NCBI RefSeq assembly: GCF_009914755.1
Contig: NC_060926.1
Direction: 5' to 3' (one strand)
Origin: the human T2T-CHM13v2.0 reference genome, Homo sapiens
Length of the DNA: 64,000 nt
Of the stretch, positions 13,740-27,650 are shown piece by piece. The notes under the pieces were generated by a model. It saw nothing but the letters and a program-made list of their open reading frames with translations. It did not search any database and was not told where the DNA came from. The position numbers and the translations under genes were made by a program. Position 1 is the first letter of the stretch. The number at the start of each line of letters is the position of its first letter.

Positions 13740-13980
13740 TGACAAATATCCAGCACACATCAATAGCATTTATTGATGGGAAAATATGGTCCAAGGGTCA
13801 CATCATCTCATTTGATCATTTCAATAACCCGATGAAGTATCTATTATTGTGTCTAACTTAAGGATGAAGAGACTGAGGCTTAGAAAAGTGAAGAAACATC
13901 TCGAATCACACAGCAAGTGGGTGGCTGACACAGGGCTCAAGCCTCATTTTTCTAAACTTTCACTTGTGTTCTTTGTACTA
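13740..13980 (-). mobile_element. MIR SINE
   Basis: atctcatttgatc...gatgaagagactgaggcttaga...cacacagc MIR core. Confidence 0.75.
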
Positions 13981-15172
13981 CATGATGTCAGTTGTGTATT
14001 CTTAAGCTGGAATGACGAATTGGTCACCCAGATTTTTCTTACTGCCTTCAGTTGCTTCTTGACCATGGAGTTTCACCATACCACACTTTTTGGTAATAGG
14101 GGCTTGGGATAAAGCCTGTCCTCTCTAAAGATCTGTCTTTCCTTCTTTCCATAGGAAGAACTTGCTGCTCTGGGTATGGACAAATTGGATAGGGTAGAGC
14201 AAAACAGGAGAGCCTTGGCTGACAAAAGGAGACACATCAGCTAAGGGTGATGTCGGCTAGCTGAAAATACACACTAATCTAATCTGGCTGTTCTAGATGA
14301 ATCTCAGGAATGTGGGAGGCTAGCATGTCAGATAGGCAATTATTGGCCGGACACAGGATTGCATAATGCAATGATGACTGGGGCTTCCTGCTTCAGCTTG
14401 AATGTGGCGAGCTTGCCAGAGAGGATTTATCTTCCCAAGAGAAACATGCCAACTTTGAGAGGATATGAAGTAACTGTTATTATGGGAAAAAAGACAGGCT
14501 TAATTTGAAAATAGTCAAGGTCTCTTTCAGTTGTACTCTGGATCTGCCTTCCTTTGGTTTTGTTTGTTTGTTTGTTTGTTTGTTTTTCCTTTTCTGCTCT
14601 TCTGTCTCTGTCACTAGGTCTTTCTCTCTGAATTTGTGTCCTCGTTACCTTTCTTTCATTTTGCTTTTATTTTTACTTAAATCCTTGCTTTTTGTTCAAA
14701 TCTTTATATCAGTTTAATGTTAGAGAAAAGTGCCTTGATTGTTTTCCTATCAAAGAAGAAAATGCTGATTAGAACCAGTGTCTGTGGTGGTTTTGTATGG
14801 GAGGGGTCTTTTAGACTGAAGATTAAGTAGACGAGACTCCTCTATTTAATATGCAACAACCTGGAACATTTTGTTTTTGATAACCAAACAAGCAAATTGC
14901 CCACATACTTCCTCTTTCTACACAAAAACCCACATCACATTCTTGCAACTGGCTTTGCCTTAATTGCTTCACAAGAAAAACCCTGGCTATCATTTGGCCT
15001 CCTTTGAGACACTGGCTCTGAATTCCTCAGGGTGGCCAGTAAAATGCTTCAGAGAGAAAAATGACGTACATAAACAAAACAGAATATAGGAACAACAGAA
15101 AGGTCTTTTCTAGATATTTCTGTGTACTTTCTTTTTTTCTTTCTAGATGAGAATATGACATACGGAATGCAT

Positions 15173-15544
15173 GGCATTGGAAGCCAATGCTTGCAACTCT
15201 CAGTCTAGTTTTTCACTAATACACTGTGTTTCCTCTCTTCTTACTCAGTAAAGTATTCGTGTATGAATATAAAAATGTAATGTTGGAGCTAAAATGTCAT
15301 AAAGTCACAAAACATAAGTGTCCAAAACCCTGAGATTATTTATATTTATAGTGAACTCCTCCATAAATATTTATTATTTTGCAAGATGACCCTGCACCAT
15401 AAAGAAAATGTGGTGTTGTTTAAGAAGACAGAAAATTATGTAACAACACTTAGACACTGTTTGATATTGAATTAAAATTCTCATGGAAACTCTTCTTGGA
15501 ACTTAAAGGGATTAATCCGCATTAATTTTCTAGAAAATACACCT
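15173..15544 (+). repeat. Dispersed direct duplication, copy 1
   Basis: Aligns end to end with 17481-17844 (roughly 85% identity by eye). Confidence 0.9.
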
Positions 15545-17480
15545 GGTTCACTTAAACAAATTCATATTGAATAATGAACCACTTATTGAATATTGTTTGC
15601 CAGACTCAATGGTAGGCATTGGAAGCAAAATGATTCATATCTTACACATTCTCAGGATGTTTTATTGTCTTATTTTACATATATGAAAATCAAGTTCAGA
15701 GAGGTCAAGCAACTGGCCCCAAGCCACACAGTCAGTAAGTTGGTAGGTCAGCATGAAGCTGGGATGGAAACAGGTCTGTCTGACCTCCAAGTCTGTTCTC
15801 TTTGTACTGTATTCTCTCTTTGTTATGTGCCAGGAGCTCTTCCAGGTGCAGATGAATACAAAAGCTAATTTCATTTTGGTAAAATCACCCTTTCCTCCTA
15901 TGCCCTCTATGGAACTTTGACAATATGAAAGAAATGCAGGGTAAATTTTACATGACCACAGCATAATTAACAAAGACAACAGGTTTATTATTAAACAATC
16001 ATAACTACTAAGTTAAAAGTCCTGATTTTCCTTACAAATAACATCTACTCCTCTACTACTTCCTGTGACAACTGTCAAATAAAGGCTTGAAATGTAGAAA
16101 CAATATTTTAAAAGATGAGTTCTGTATAGCAAGGGTATGTCAACCTCTTCCTTAAATCTATTTAGCATTCAACACTTGCAGTAAGACTTATACTTTTTTT
16201 CAATATGTTCTTATAATATTACAGAGATACATAAATGCCCTGAGTATTAAATTAAGGCTAATCACATGTCTCCATGCTTTATTTTATCAGTAAAATATCT
16301 ACATTGTAAACATTGTCTGCCTCTACCTTGCAGTTGGATTCATCTTTTACTGCACAGAGTTCTTGAGCCAATCCTGAGCTGGAAGAGAAAGTATCTTAGA
16401 ATTTCTACCCTGAGGATGAGGTGTGAAGGTGGCCTGAAATGTGTCCTGCTGACATTCACTGTGTCACTTCCCTACCTAGGTTGAGCCTTGGTACCATGTA
16501 GACCCAATCCACCTACTCCACTGCCACAGCTATACCATCCTGCCTCTTCCGCCTTCCTTCTCCTCCACCTCCTGCCCTTCCTCCTTCTTCTTACATCACT
16601 TCACACAAACACAATGGTGACCAGTCTTTAAACTCATCCCTTTTAGATGGAATAGATATTAATTTTCTGGATGAGAAAATCGTGACTTAGAGAATTTAGA
16701 TAACGCACCTGAGATCATAAGACAGGTTCCTGGGTTTGAATTCTGCCTGTATGAAAAATGACATGGGCAGAATTCAAACCCAGGGTCCTGCCTGCCTGCA
16801 AAGTCTGAAGCATTAGTCATTTTCTTAACACTAAGTCATTTCTAATCCTTTAGGACGCACCAGCCTTCAGATGGGCACCTTTACCATCATCCTCCCCCAC
16901 CCATCTAGGACTGACATGTTCTGAAACCACATCTTTTGTGAGTTGGACATTGGTCATACCCTGCTGGGGTGACTGTCATGATCAGCTCAGCCTCCTTACC
17001 CACCATCCTACTCTATTTAGGTTTCCTCACCCTTCATTTTCTGTCCTTAGAACCCAGTTCTAGTTTTCATGGCTAATGTCCCAGAATGTTTTGAACCTGA
17101 ACATCTCAGAGTTAAGACAGTCTCTGCCAACATTCTCTATATTAAAATAATACTAACCATGCCTTACTTACTATGCTAAATCTCTTGCCCCATAACACGT
17201 CGCTTCACTGAGAAGTTGCCTTCTTGAGTTGATCCCTGCTGCCACTGGCCATTTCAGATAACTCCACTCACCAAAGACCAACTTACCTGTCAGCCCTTGA
17301 AGATATCTGCAGACACCTGGTGGTGCCCAAGACCTACTGAAAAAATTATTTTTTCTGGTTCCTGATGTGCTTTCATCCCAAACCCAGTTCCACCTGAGTC
17401 TGGGATCTTGCTCTGAAACTGCTACTGACCCCTTTGGATTGGTTCCTGTACACTGAGCCCTTATGATATCCAGAACTGCT

Positions 17481-17844
17481 GGCATTGGAAGCCAATGCTT
17501 GCAATCCTAGTGTAGTTTTCCACTACTACTCTGTGCTTTCTCTCTTCCTATTAAAGTATTTTTGATGAATACAAAAATGTCATTTTGTAGCAAAAATGTT
17601 ATAAGGTCACAAAACATAAAAGTGTCCAAAAACCTGAGAATATTTATATTTATAGTGAACTCCTCGATAAATATTTATTATTTTCTAAGATGACCCCACA
17701 CCAAAAATAAAATGTGGTGTTATTTAAGAAGACAGAAAAATGTGTAACAACACTTAGACGCTGGCTGAAATTGAATTAAAATTCTCATCGAAACAGTTCT
17801 TGGGACTTAAAGTGTTCAGCATTAGTTTTTTAGAAGATATACCT
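17481..17844 (+). repeat. Dispersed direct duplication, copy 2
   Basis: Aligns with 15173-15544; flanks on both sides are unrelated. Confidence 0.9.
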
Positions 17845-17848
17845 TACC

Positions 17849-18422
17849 CTCGTCAATAGGCTCTTGGAAACTGAGACTTTAAGCTCAACCACTTACACTG
17901 AAACCAATTTTCCCATGGGTTAATTGATATAAATAAGAATTAAATTTCTATGATTTATTTCTGGTCACAAAAACATCACCGACTTGTAAATAAAGGCCAA
18001 CGCATGTCCATATTAAACATGAAAATAAATGTGAGCTATGCATATGTTTAAGAAAGATAAACAAAAACAAGTAAGAGAATTATTTACCCACTAATTTCAG
18101 TTTAGGTTCATGACTGGCCAGAACCTGTCCTGGAAACAGGGCTCAGGATGGAAAGCAGCCCTGGACAGGACACCCTCCCATTGCGGGGCATACTCACACA
18201 CACCCCCACACGCACTCACACTAGGACCACGCAGACACACCAATCCCCACCTCAGGTGCACATCTTTGGGATGTGGAGGGAAACCGAAGTACCCGGAGAA
18301 AACCCACGCAGACGTGGGAGAACATGCAGACTCCACAGAGACAGTGGTCCTGATGAGGAATTGATTTTTTTTTTCTCATCAATATTATAATAAACAAAAT
18401 GACATTATTCAAGGACCTGCTG
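17849..18422 (-). mobile_element. MER6A (TcMar-Tigger) DNA transposon
   Basis: Right end GACATTATTCAAGGACCTGCTG|TA; central TTTGGGATGTGGAGGGAAACCGAAGTACCCGGAGAAAACCCACGCAGAC domain; left terminus missing ~20 bp. Confidence 0.9.
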
Positions 18423-19582
18423 TACTTGGTCTTTTCGGAGTTGGCAATGCCTCTCTCTCTTGTTGCTCAGTGCCTCTCACAGGGCTGGAAGAGCCTCTGT
18501 GCCCTGACATTGGCTGTGTTGCTGTCAGGACAGCCTGTCTAACCCCAGCCCAGTCCCCTCATGGAGAGGGGAATTTAGAAGGTTTGTTTTTCTATAACAG
18601 GAAAAATAGAAAACGTCTTGTTTCTGCTACCAAGCAGCAAACACCTCTCAGACCTCTTACCTACCCTTGCATCAAATTATTTGAGCTTCTAATAAACCAC
18701 AGCGTCTGAATTCCTAAACCCCCATAAAACAAAACAATTGTACAAAAAGGACAGGAGTTGAAAGAAATAGATGGCACCCGATGAAGTCATGTGTCTTTCC
18801 CAGCCCCCTCCTACTCTGTTGGTTTTCAAATAGTTCTTTTCACTTGTTCACTCCATATGGAGGAAGATATAAAAGCCTTCCTTGATGCCACGGAGAAAGG
18901 CTGGCTCTGAAAATCCCAGATCCGAAACCTGATTGGCAGCTATGGAAAAGTCCAGCACTCTCTAGGAGAGCAGGCGAGTGCCTCACCGTGAGGCCTGGCT
19001 GGGTGATGAGGCCAGTCCTGGGGTCTTTGCTCTGACAACACCTTGCTGAGCTGTTCTGGGCAAATCTCTTAACTTCTCTGGGTGCTCTCAGAATTCTTAT
19101 TTATGCAATGAAATAACCTCTATGGGTCCTTTCCAGGATCATGATGTGAAGGAAAAGGTGGAATATTGGGCTGCATTTGTGGTGCTCTGCCAGTGCAGGT
19201 GAGGAGTGTGTGAGCATCCTAGGAGTGCATCCAGGTAGTTAGGAGGGAGAGGACAACACATAGTCTCCTAGGTGCAGGCGGCGGGGGAAGTCCGGTGGAC
19301 ACCTGTGAAGCTAAGTTCCAGGACCTTCTGGGGGCTGTGGAGAGGAAGGGGACCTTCTCCAGAGGGGCCGTGTTGATTGACTCATTCTTCTCTGACTCCT
19401 CAGAAGCCAGTTCATTGCAGTAGAGGGGCTGTCCTGCAAGTCATATGCTTCTCCTCCTTGCCTTAACTACAGGAATTCCAAGATGTTTACACAAACTTCA
19501 AGGAGTGAACCAAGTTATTAAAAGAGTAGCAATTAGGGTGGCCCATCCCAGCAATTTAGTTTCCTGTCTAAGGAAGCATGAA

Positions 19583-19646
19583 GGGGGAGGGGTTTCCAGG
19601 GAGGGGAGAGGGAGGGAGCATTCTTGTCTCCTGATTGGACCGCCCC
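19583..19646. promoter_or_regulatory. Candidate promoter/enhancer core (G-tracts + inverted CCAAT + GC box)
   Basis: Six G3+ runs at 19583-19616, CTGATTGG at 19631 and CCGCCCC at 19640, in a non-repeat, GC-richer block. Confidence 0.35.
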
Positions 19647-21574
19647 AGGATTTCCATTTCTGAACACAGACACAGAAGGAGGGAAGAAAGGTTGCCAGAT
19701 GCCAGCTCCCAGCTCCCTGGAGGAGTTACTCGCCGCCACAGATGCTCCAGCAGCTGGTTGGGCCCCTCCTCAAAGTGTCTCTCCTGCTTCCTTCTTTTGG
19801 GGGATTCTGGCTCAGCTTTGAAAGCCTTTTGGCATCTTTTGCCTGCCTCCAAAAATTAAGCTGTGTTGGAAGCTGCCTGATAAATCACTCTTTGCACCGT
19901 GGCTGCCATGGGGCTTGCAGAGAGTGGCTGCCTAGTGATTTACCGCGGCTGTCTGAGAGGGCTTTTCCAAGCAGCCAGCGTAGACCAGGGAGTCATCTCT
20001 GGCAAAAGGAGCATTTTGTCTAGCTCAAATGGACACTACAGAGAGGAAGTGGGATTGCTTTGTTCAAAACTTGTTGGTCATCCATTCCTCAAGCCAGCCG
20101 GAATCTCCAAGTTCATTTCTTCCATGCAACTTGAGCTCAAGAAAAGAGGTCCAGAAAAGTGGTTTTTCATGACAGGCCTGCTGGAGCCTTTCCTAGGGGA
20201 AGGAGAACTTTCTGGTTCTGAACTGCAGTTACACAATGCTGGGCAGGCCCTCTGATTTGTGGTCATAGTTTCCCAGAACCCCAAGGGACCCATCCAGGAA
20301 AACGCCCATGTCCCCTCGCCTGCGTTGTCATCTGCTCCCTCCCAAGGGGATTTTGTTTCCTTGATTGTGTTCCATAGTGGCTGTTGGAAGTCAGGTGCCC
20401 TGGACGCAGCTTGGACAGGAACCATGTGGTGTGAGGACCTGAGCCTTGTGCATACGTGGCTTTTGCTTCTGGTTCTGGCTTGACAGTGTGACGAGTTAAT
20501 TAACCTCTTTCACCTCTAAATCTTCATCTCCATTATCAGAATAATAAGCTCTTCCTTGAGAAATTGTTGTTTCGACGAAGCCTCATATAGTTAGCACAAA
20601 GTAGATGGAAGAGTAGATCCAAATAAAATATTTTTAAACAATATTTTGTTGCTTGTTTTCTGTTCTTGTTTTTGTGGGGTTTTTTTTTGTTTTTTGTCTT
20701 TTTCCCTACAAACAGGTTTTCAGCCTACCATTTAAATAGGAACCCAAAAGGAACCCTTCAAAAATATGGGAGTTATAATTTAGTACACACTTGCAAAAGA
20801 TTTGAGTAGATACTTTCAGCTACATAAAACTCATAATGTAAGGGTTAATGGAGATGCTATTAGCAGTAGTACTTTGGGACAGGACATAGATCATTAAAAA
20901 AAAAAGTGGGTTTCTCATGGCAGAGAACATAGGTTTTTATTTCTGGGGTAAAAATTCTCCTTAGGAATGTGTAATGCTAAAAGGTAAATGACAGGCTATT
21001 TGAAAGAAGAGAAAAAAAATGTGTTTACTTTTGCCTCCCAATAATAGAGTATCTCTCGCCCTTCTGAGAAAAATGGGAATTAATTTTCTTTAAAAAATGC
21101 ACTGCATTTATTCTGAAATACAGATCTTCTACCTCCCACTCCACATTTTCTTGCAATTCCTTGTTCATGCTGCTACTCCAAGGGCAAAGGAGCAAAGCAC
21201 AGTTTTATTAACACAAAGTGAAAATTGTTCCTTTGTTTTCCTTTTCTGATGGGTCTGTGATTTGGTAAAGAGCAACATTAAGCGTGCCTAATTTCATGCC
21301 AAATCTAAAATCTCATCCCAGGGATTCATCTGAGATACTTATGCTTCTCGATACTACTTAGAAATTTTGCGTGAAAGAAGGGGGAAGAGGTAAAGCTATT
21401 TATTATTATTATTTTTGAAGTTGTCTATCTTTACAGACAATAGCAGGCTGAGGTTCTTCCATCTGTGTCCCACACCCTCATACACCCACACCCCGCCCCT
21501 CACCCCAAACATACATACCTCTTGTCCATTCCCTAGGTAAGCTGACATCCTCTGTTTTCCCCTTTCCTCTGGGA

Positions 21575-21737
21575 AGAGTTCTCATACTGTAGTGTCTATA
21601 TGAATCACATTAGGATATTGCCAAAATGCAGAACCTGATCAGTAGGTCTGGGGAAAGGGCTGAGATTCTAAGTGTCTAACAAACGCCCAGCTTAGGCCAG
21701 TGTGGATGGTCCATGGACCACACTTTGAGTATCAAAA
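21575..21737. mobile_element. MER5A (hAT-Charlie)
   Basis: gttctca...aaaatgcaga...cagtaggtctgggg...ggtccatggaccacactttgagta. Confidence 0.8.
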
Positions 21738-22117
21738 GTATAGGGGACAGGACACTAGAATTCAAGAGACAAACATATTCTTTGGATTTTGTTACAAACA
21801 GCCTGTGTGACTCTAAGGAATCCTTTCTTACGTGTAGGTTTCTGGCTTGCCCATTTAGAAATTGAGGGAACTGAACCAGCTAACTTCTAAAATCTTTCTG
21901 ATGTTGCTATTTGTTTTACTTGATTTTAGATTCTTACAACTTCTAGTCCATACAACAGCTCCATCCAAGAAAAAAGAACAAAACAAACCTCAAGTTTATG
22001 ACGTAAAAACAGTGTGAGAACACATTAAGGGAAGCAAAGAACAGAGACTCCTTTCTCCAATACTGGAAGTCCTGCCTACCGCATGGTTACATTAAAATCG
22101 CTCATTTCCCAAAATAA

Positions 22118-22521
22118 GGCATATGAATGGCCAAGAAGAAAAAGAAAAAAAAAATGCCCAACATCACTAATCAGCAGAGAAATGCAAATTATAACCATGA
22201 TGAAATATTACCTGTTAGAATGTCTTTCATCAAAAAGACCAGAAACAACCAGTGTTGGTGAGGATGTGGAGAAAAGAGGACCCTTATATACGGTTGGTAA
22301 GAATGTCAATCAGTACAGCCATTGTGGAAAACAGAATGGAATTTCCTCAAAAAGCTAAATATACAACTATCATGTGATCCAGCAATCCCCTTTTTGGGTA
22401 TACAGCCAAATAAAATGAAATCAATATGATTGAGAGATATTTACACTCCCATGTTCATTGTAGCACTATTCACACTAACCAAAATATGGAATCAACCTCA
22501 GTGTCCATCAGTGGATGAATA
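22118..22521 (+). mobile_element. L1MA/MB 3' fragment (resumes briefly at 23338-23360)
   Basis: aacatcactaatcagcagagaaatgcaaat...gtgaggatgtggagaaaag...gatccagcaatccc...tgtccatcagtggatgaa. Confidence 0.85.
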
Positions 22522-23337
22522 TGGAATGGGAAAGCTTCCCCTGTCCCCCTCACACGGCATGTGGCTCGCTTCTTCAGTGCCTTGCTGCTCAAACCTCTCG
22601 GGGAGCATACAGAGGGGCAGGCTTTGGGGATCCGGCACCACGGCAGCGTCTAGGGGCGAATATCATAGCTCCCAGTGGGTGTGGGTTACAGGGTGCTCTT
22701 TTAGTTTCGCTCTTTGTTTGCCATCTATAGGTGGCTTGTGTTAACCAGCTCAGTTAGACCCTCTACCTTGTTACAAGGACAGAGGGCTTTCTGTATCCTG
22801 AGTTCTTGCCTTGGTGTACTGGAACAATTAGATCACACGTGGGCTTGGAGAATGAGTGCAAGGTTTTATTGAGCGGAGGTAGCTCTTAGCAGATGGGGGA
22901 AGTCAAGAGGGGATGGAGTGGGAAGGTTTTCCCCTGGAGTCAGGCGCTCAGCGGCCTGGGCTCTCCCTCTGACTGCCCCAGGCAAACTCTGCGTCATTCT
23001 GCTGGTTGGTGGCCTGCCGGGATGCTGGTGCCTGTCGGTGTGTGTGTTCCTCTGGATGTCCAGCTGCCTGCCTATTCCTCTGCTGATGTGCTTCTCTCCA
23101 TATCCATGTCTGCCTGCTGGGGTCTCAGGGGGTTTTATGGGCACAGGATGGGGGCATGGCAGGACAGGGTAGTCTTGGGAAATGCAACATTTGGGTAGGG
23201 AATGCCTGTCCTTACCTAGGTCCGTGAGAGTGAAGCCCTAGCCAAGGACCATGCCCTCCTCTATCCAGCACTTCCCTTCCCCACTTCCATATTATTTAAA
23301 GGGACCATGTTCTTCCCTTCCCAGCACTTCCTTATCA
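22522..23337 (-). mobile_element. ERV1 solo LTR, LTR1-family
   Basis: TG...CA termini and 4-bp TSD AATA splitting the L1. Reverse strand begins TGATAAGGAAGTGCTGGGAAGGGAAG. Confidence 0.8.
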
Positions 23338-23365
23338 AATAAATAAAGAAAATATGGTGTGTGTG

Positions 23366-23783
<418 letters not shown>

Positions 23784-26700
23784 CTAAGCATTAGTAACAA
23801 CAACAGCATAATAAAATTACCTTTCCGTATTTATGAACATACTTGCATTCATGCATGTACTCTGAAAAATGTCAATAATGAATGGAAACCCTCAGGCATG
23901 TAATAGGTGTTCTGTAAAAGTCACTTGCTTTACCCTTCATTTCCATGTTATCTTGGATTTGCAAAAGAGTGACTTATTGGTAATACTGGCGCTGGAATAC
24001 CTGTCTCTGCATTCTCCCCGTATTGCTACCACTGAGGTGTGGGGCCTTAGGCGAGTAACTTCCATCCCCTGGGCTTTCACTTTTTATCCTCAAAGTACAG
24101 CTAATGGCACTGACCTTGGTACCCACTCAGGTTTTCTTGCGAAACAACCAAGATGGTACGGCCCTCCTCTCCCTCTGTTACTCTTCTCTTAGATTCCTGA
24201 TCCACTTTCTACCGCCTGCTGTGCTTACAAATGCAAATGGTTACTTCACATTCAAGCGAATGTGCATCAATATGCAATGACACCATCTGCCTGATCTGTC
24301 TGTGAAGCATCTTCACAGTCCGAGCAGGGACTGTGTCTAATCTTTGAATTGTCGACGCTTAGCCAAGGACCTGGTTCAGGGTGGGGGCCCACAAATGTGT
24401 GCTAAATAAAAGTGTTTTGCACAGTATAAAAAGCTCTATGCATGTGCAGCCCAGATGTCATTTGGAGTCATCTTACTTGTCTGGGGTTTAGGTGAATTTG
24501 GCTCAAACACCCAGTCTCATAACTTGTATGAGTACAGACTCCTGAGGACAATTCTGAGAATTCCAGTCTTTCTTCTTATGTTCACCTTCATTTCTCCAGT
24601 ATTACACGTACCTTCTTGGATCTGTGTCCCCAAACTGGGTCCAATATTCTACCCCTTAAATAATTTTCATTAAAAAAAAATTCACTTGAACTAATCCTAT
24701 TCTGTGTCCAGCCAATGTTTCTCAGGAGTCAGTGTCTCATCACCTTGCATGGCTTTTGAAATTCTTGCAGGCACCACCTCTCCCACTGGACAGCCTTCTA
24801 ATCCCAGTGTTCTCAGCATTTGACATTCTGACTCTATCTTTCTCCCAGGAAGTGTCTACCTCTTGCCAGGCCCTTGTGCCTCCCTACCAATCTAGAAATT
24901 CCAGCTAATAAACTTTTCTTAAGCCCCGATGCAAGTATATCAAATCATGATGATGCTCTTTTCACAGTTGTATAGTAACCTTAACAGCATTCCAAACACT
25001 GCTTTAGATATAGTAGGTATGTTACTACACTTAGTTCTTATGGATGCAGGGAGATTTGCATAAATAATACAGACCTGACATGCTACATTAAGTGCCATCA
25101 CAGAGGCAAATGAAGTACTATCTATCTAAAGCCAACAAGCACTAACCCTTGGGAGCAACACTTATCAGCGAACTCATTAATGTATTTAATATCCACTTAT
25201 TAAGCATCTGTTAGGAGCTTTGATTTCTGCGCTGTAGGCTGGCCATCTCAAAGTGAGTTCACCTTCTGTTAGGAGAAAGGACAAGCATTCAAATACCTGT
25301 AATACAGGTTAGAGATGGTCAGAATCATTGGAGAGATGGAGATGGTTAATATCATAAAATGCAACTGGGCTCATATACAGAGAAATTCCATTTCATGGAC
25401 AGTTTTATGTTTAGGTTATAGGAGATGGATGGCATTTAGGAAAACTTCTTAAAAGGATATCTACTGGTAGCAGCATTTTAAGCAGAGGAAACTTTAAAAA
25501 GATAATAATAACCGCATGTTATGTTCCTGTGAAGGACCCTATCCATATCACCTTCCAATTCTAACAGCAATTTCACTAGGTCCACCTTATAGAACCCACT
25601 TAACAGATAAGAAAACTGAGGTTTCTAGAAGTGAATTTTATGCCACATGACCCCTCTACTTAATTGGTAGAGACAAAGTTGGACTGGAGTCTGATTACCA
25701 TAAATGATTATTGTGCTGTTCTCTTCCAAACTCTTTGTGTACAAGTGTCAAGCACAAGCCGGCCCTGAGTTTCCCAGAACAACTCTGGAGTCTTAGCTTT
25801 TGGGAGCAGGCAACAAAAAGAGAGCTTTTCTTGAGTTTTTTCAAAGACTTTCTACTTAGACTTGTCGAAGAGTCAATTTATATAAAACCTAAGTATCTCC
25901 TCTCAATTTTACTTTCACACCAACACAATAGGCAACAGAGCTTTCTACTGTAGTCTAAATAGCTTTGTCAGCCCACAGGCTTTTAAGCCAAATTTGCACT
26001 TCTAGAAGCAATTTCCTCAGGCTTGGTCTGAGTGGAGGGAGACAGCTAAATGCTCTACCTTTTCTTATCTGACAAATTGAATGTCCTATGAAAAGAAAAA
26101 GAGAAATCCTAATGATGAGTGATCCATCTGTATTTTTGACTATATTCCCAATTTTCTGGGGAGTTGTTAGTGTCTTTTCTCCTCCCAACTTTTTTCCTAC
26201 TGTGCATTTAAATTCAGCATGAATCCTATGCAGATTTAATGGTTTTCCTGGGTGTGCCTGGGCTGAAACCATGTTAAAGCAAATCAGTGTTGATGAGTGT
26301 ATATTTCACAAATAGCACAGATGACGCTGTGTATCCTTGAAACATTCACTTACACTTTGAAGAACAAATTTCTCCTTCTGTAGCAGAGAGATAACCATAC
26401 TTCCCTTAGAAGATTGTTTTGTGGAAAGGGATACTGCATATAAAATACATGGTCCAATAGGCACCAGGTAGATACTCAAAAATTGATAGTTAGTATTTTA
26501 ATTTCCATCTTTGCAACTTTAAAGTATTAACAGCACTAGTAATGTATTCTATGGTCTACTGGTGGTGTTCAGAGGCTACCACATAAATATGTTGTCTGAT
26601 CTGCTCACAGCCTGCTGGTAATGGCCGTAAGGAGAGGGGTTAGGCTATTATTTACTGAGTACCGCTAGATAAGATGTTATATTAATTAACTTCACATTAA

Positions 26701-27269
26701 CTTCATAAAGTATCTGTTGTAATCTCCGTTTCACTGATAACTGTGAACTCCCTGAGTTCAAGGCTTATGTTCTGTGCTCCCTGCTCCTGGTAAAAAAACA
26801 GGCATTCAGTAAATATGTGCAGAGTGTTTATGTCCGTTTTCTCCAGTGATCTGTGAGCTCCAAAGCATGGACCACATCTTCTCTAGCACAGAAACTGGCA
26901 TGTGTTAGGCGCATTATTAAAAGGCAAGACGCACTTCAGTGCCAGAAATGTGCTGGTTCCTGAGCACAGATTTTTAATGTTAATCTTTGCATGTCTAGGG
27001 AAGACCAAAATGGAATAGACTGAGACTCAGAGAGCCTATGTTCTACTCCTGGTTCTGCCAGTGACAAGCTGCCTTTCCCTTTCAGGAGGCTCAGACTCTG
27101 TAGATGTCAGACTCAAAACTCCCTAAGAATTTCTTCCAATTTTAGTTCTGTGGCACTAAATATTAAAGTTCTATAAGAATTAGTAAGAATGAGTAATACG
27201 GAATCAGTAAGAATTAAAATGTGATCTTCATGTGATCCAGTATGGCTCCAGTCATATCTGACCTCTGCC

Positions 27270-27650
27270 TATCTTCACACACAACAGGCAACCTCTGCCT
27301 CCAAAAGTCTGCATGGGCTGCACCCTCTACCTAAATGCTCTTTCACCAGACACCAACATGGCTCGTTCCTCAGCCTCTTCAAGGTGAGCTTAACTTACCC
27401 TATTTTAAATTGTAACTTCCATTTGCACTCATGGTTCCCCTCCCCATGATGTATTTTCCCCATAACTTTCTCTTTTCTAACAAACTCTTGGTTGACTTTA
27501 GTGTTTTACCATCGAATTCCTCCTAATAGTATGGAAGCTCCATGGCAACAGGATTTTTTTTTCTGTTTTGTTTCTGTATTTCCAATTGCTTGAATAGTGC
27601 TTGACATGTGGTCATATCTCAATAATTTTTTTTCAGCAAATAATTGAATC
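27270..27650 (+). mobile_element. L2 3' fragment
   Basis: ccctctacctaaatgctctttc...aagctccatggcaacaggattttt...tagtgcttgacatgtggt...ctcaataa. Confidence 0.7.

Noticed and set aside
18230-18350. Segment similar to the vertebrate V-SINE central domain
   Set aside because: Known internal part of MER6/MER6A; not novel.
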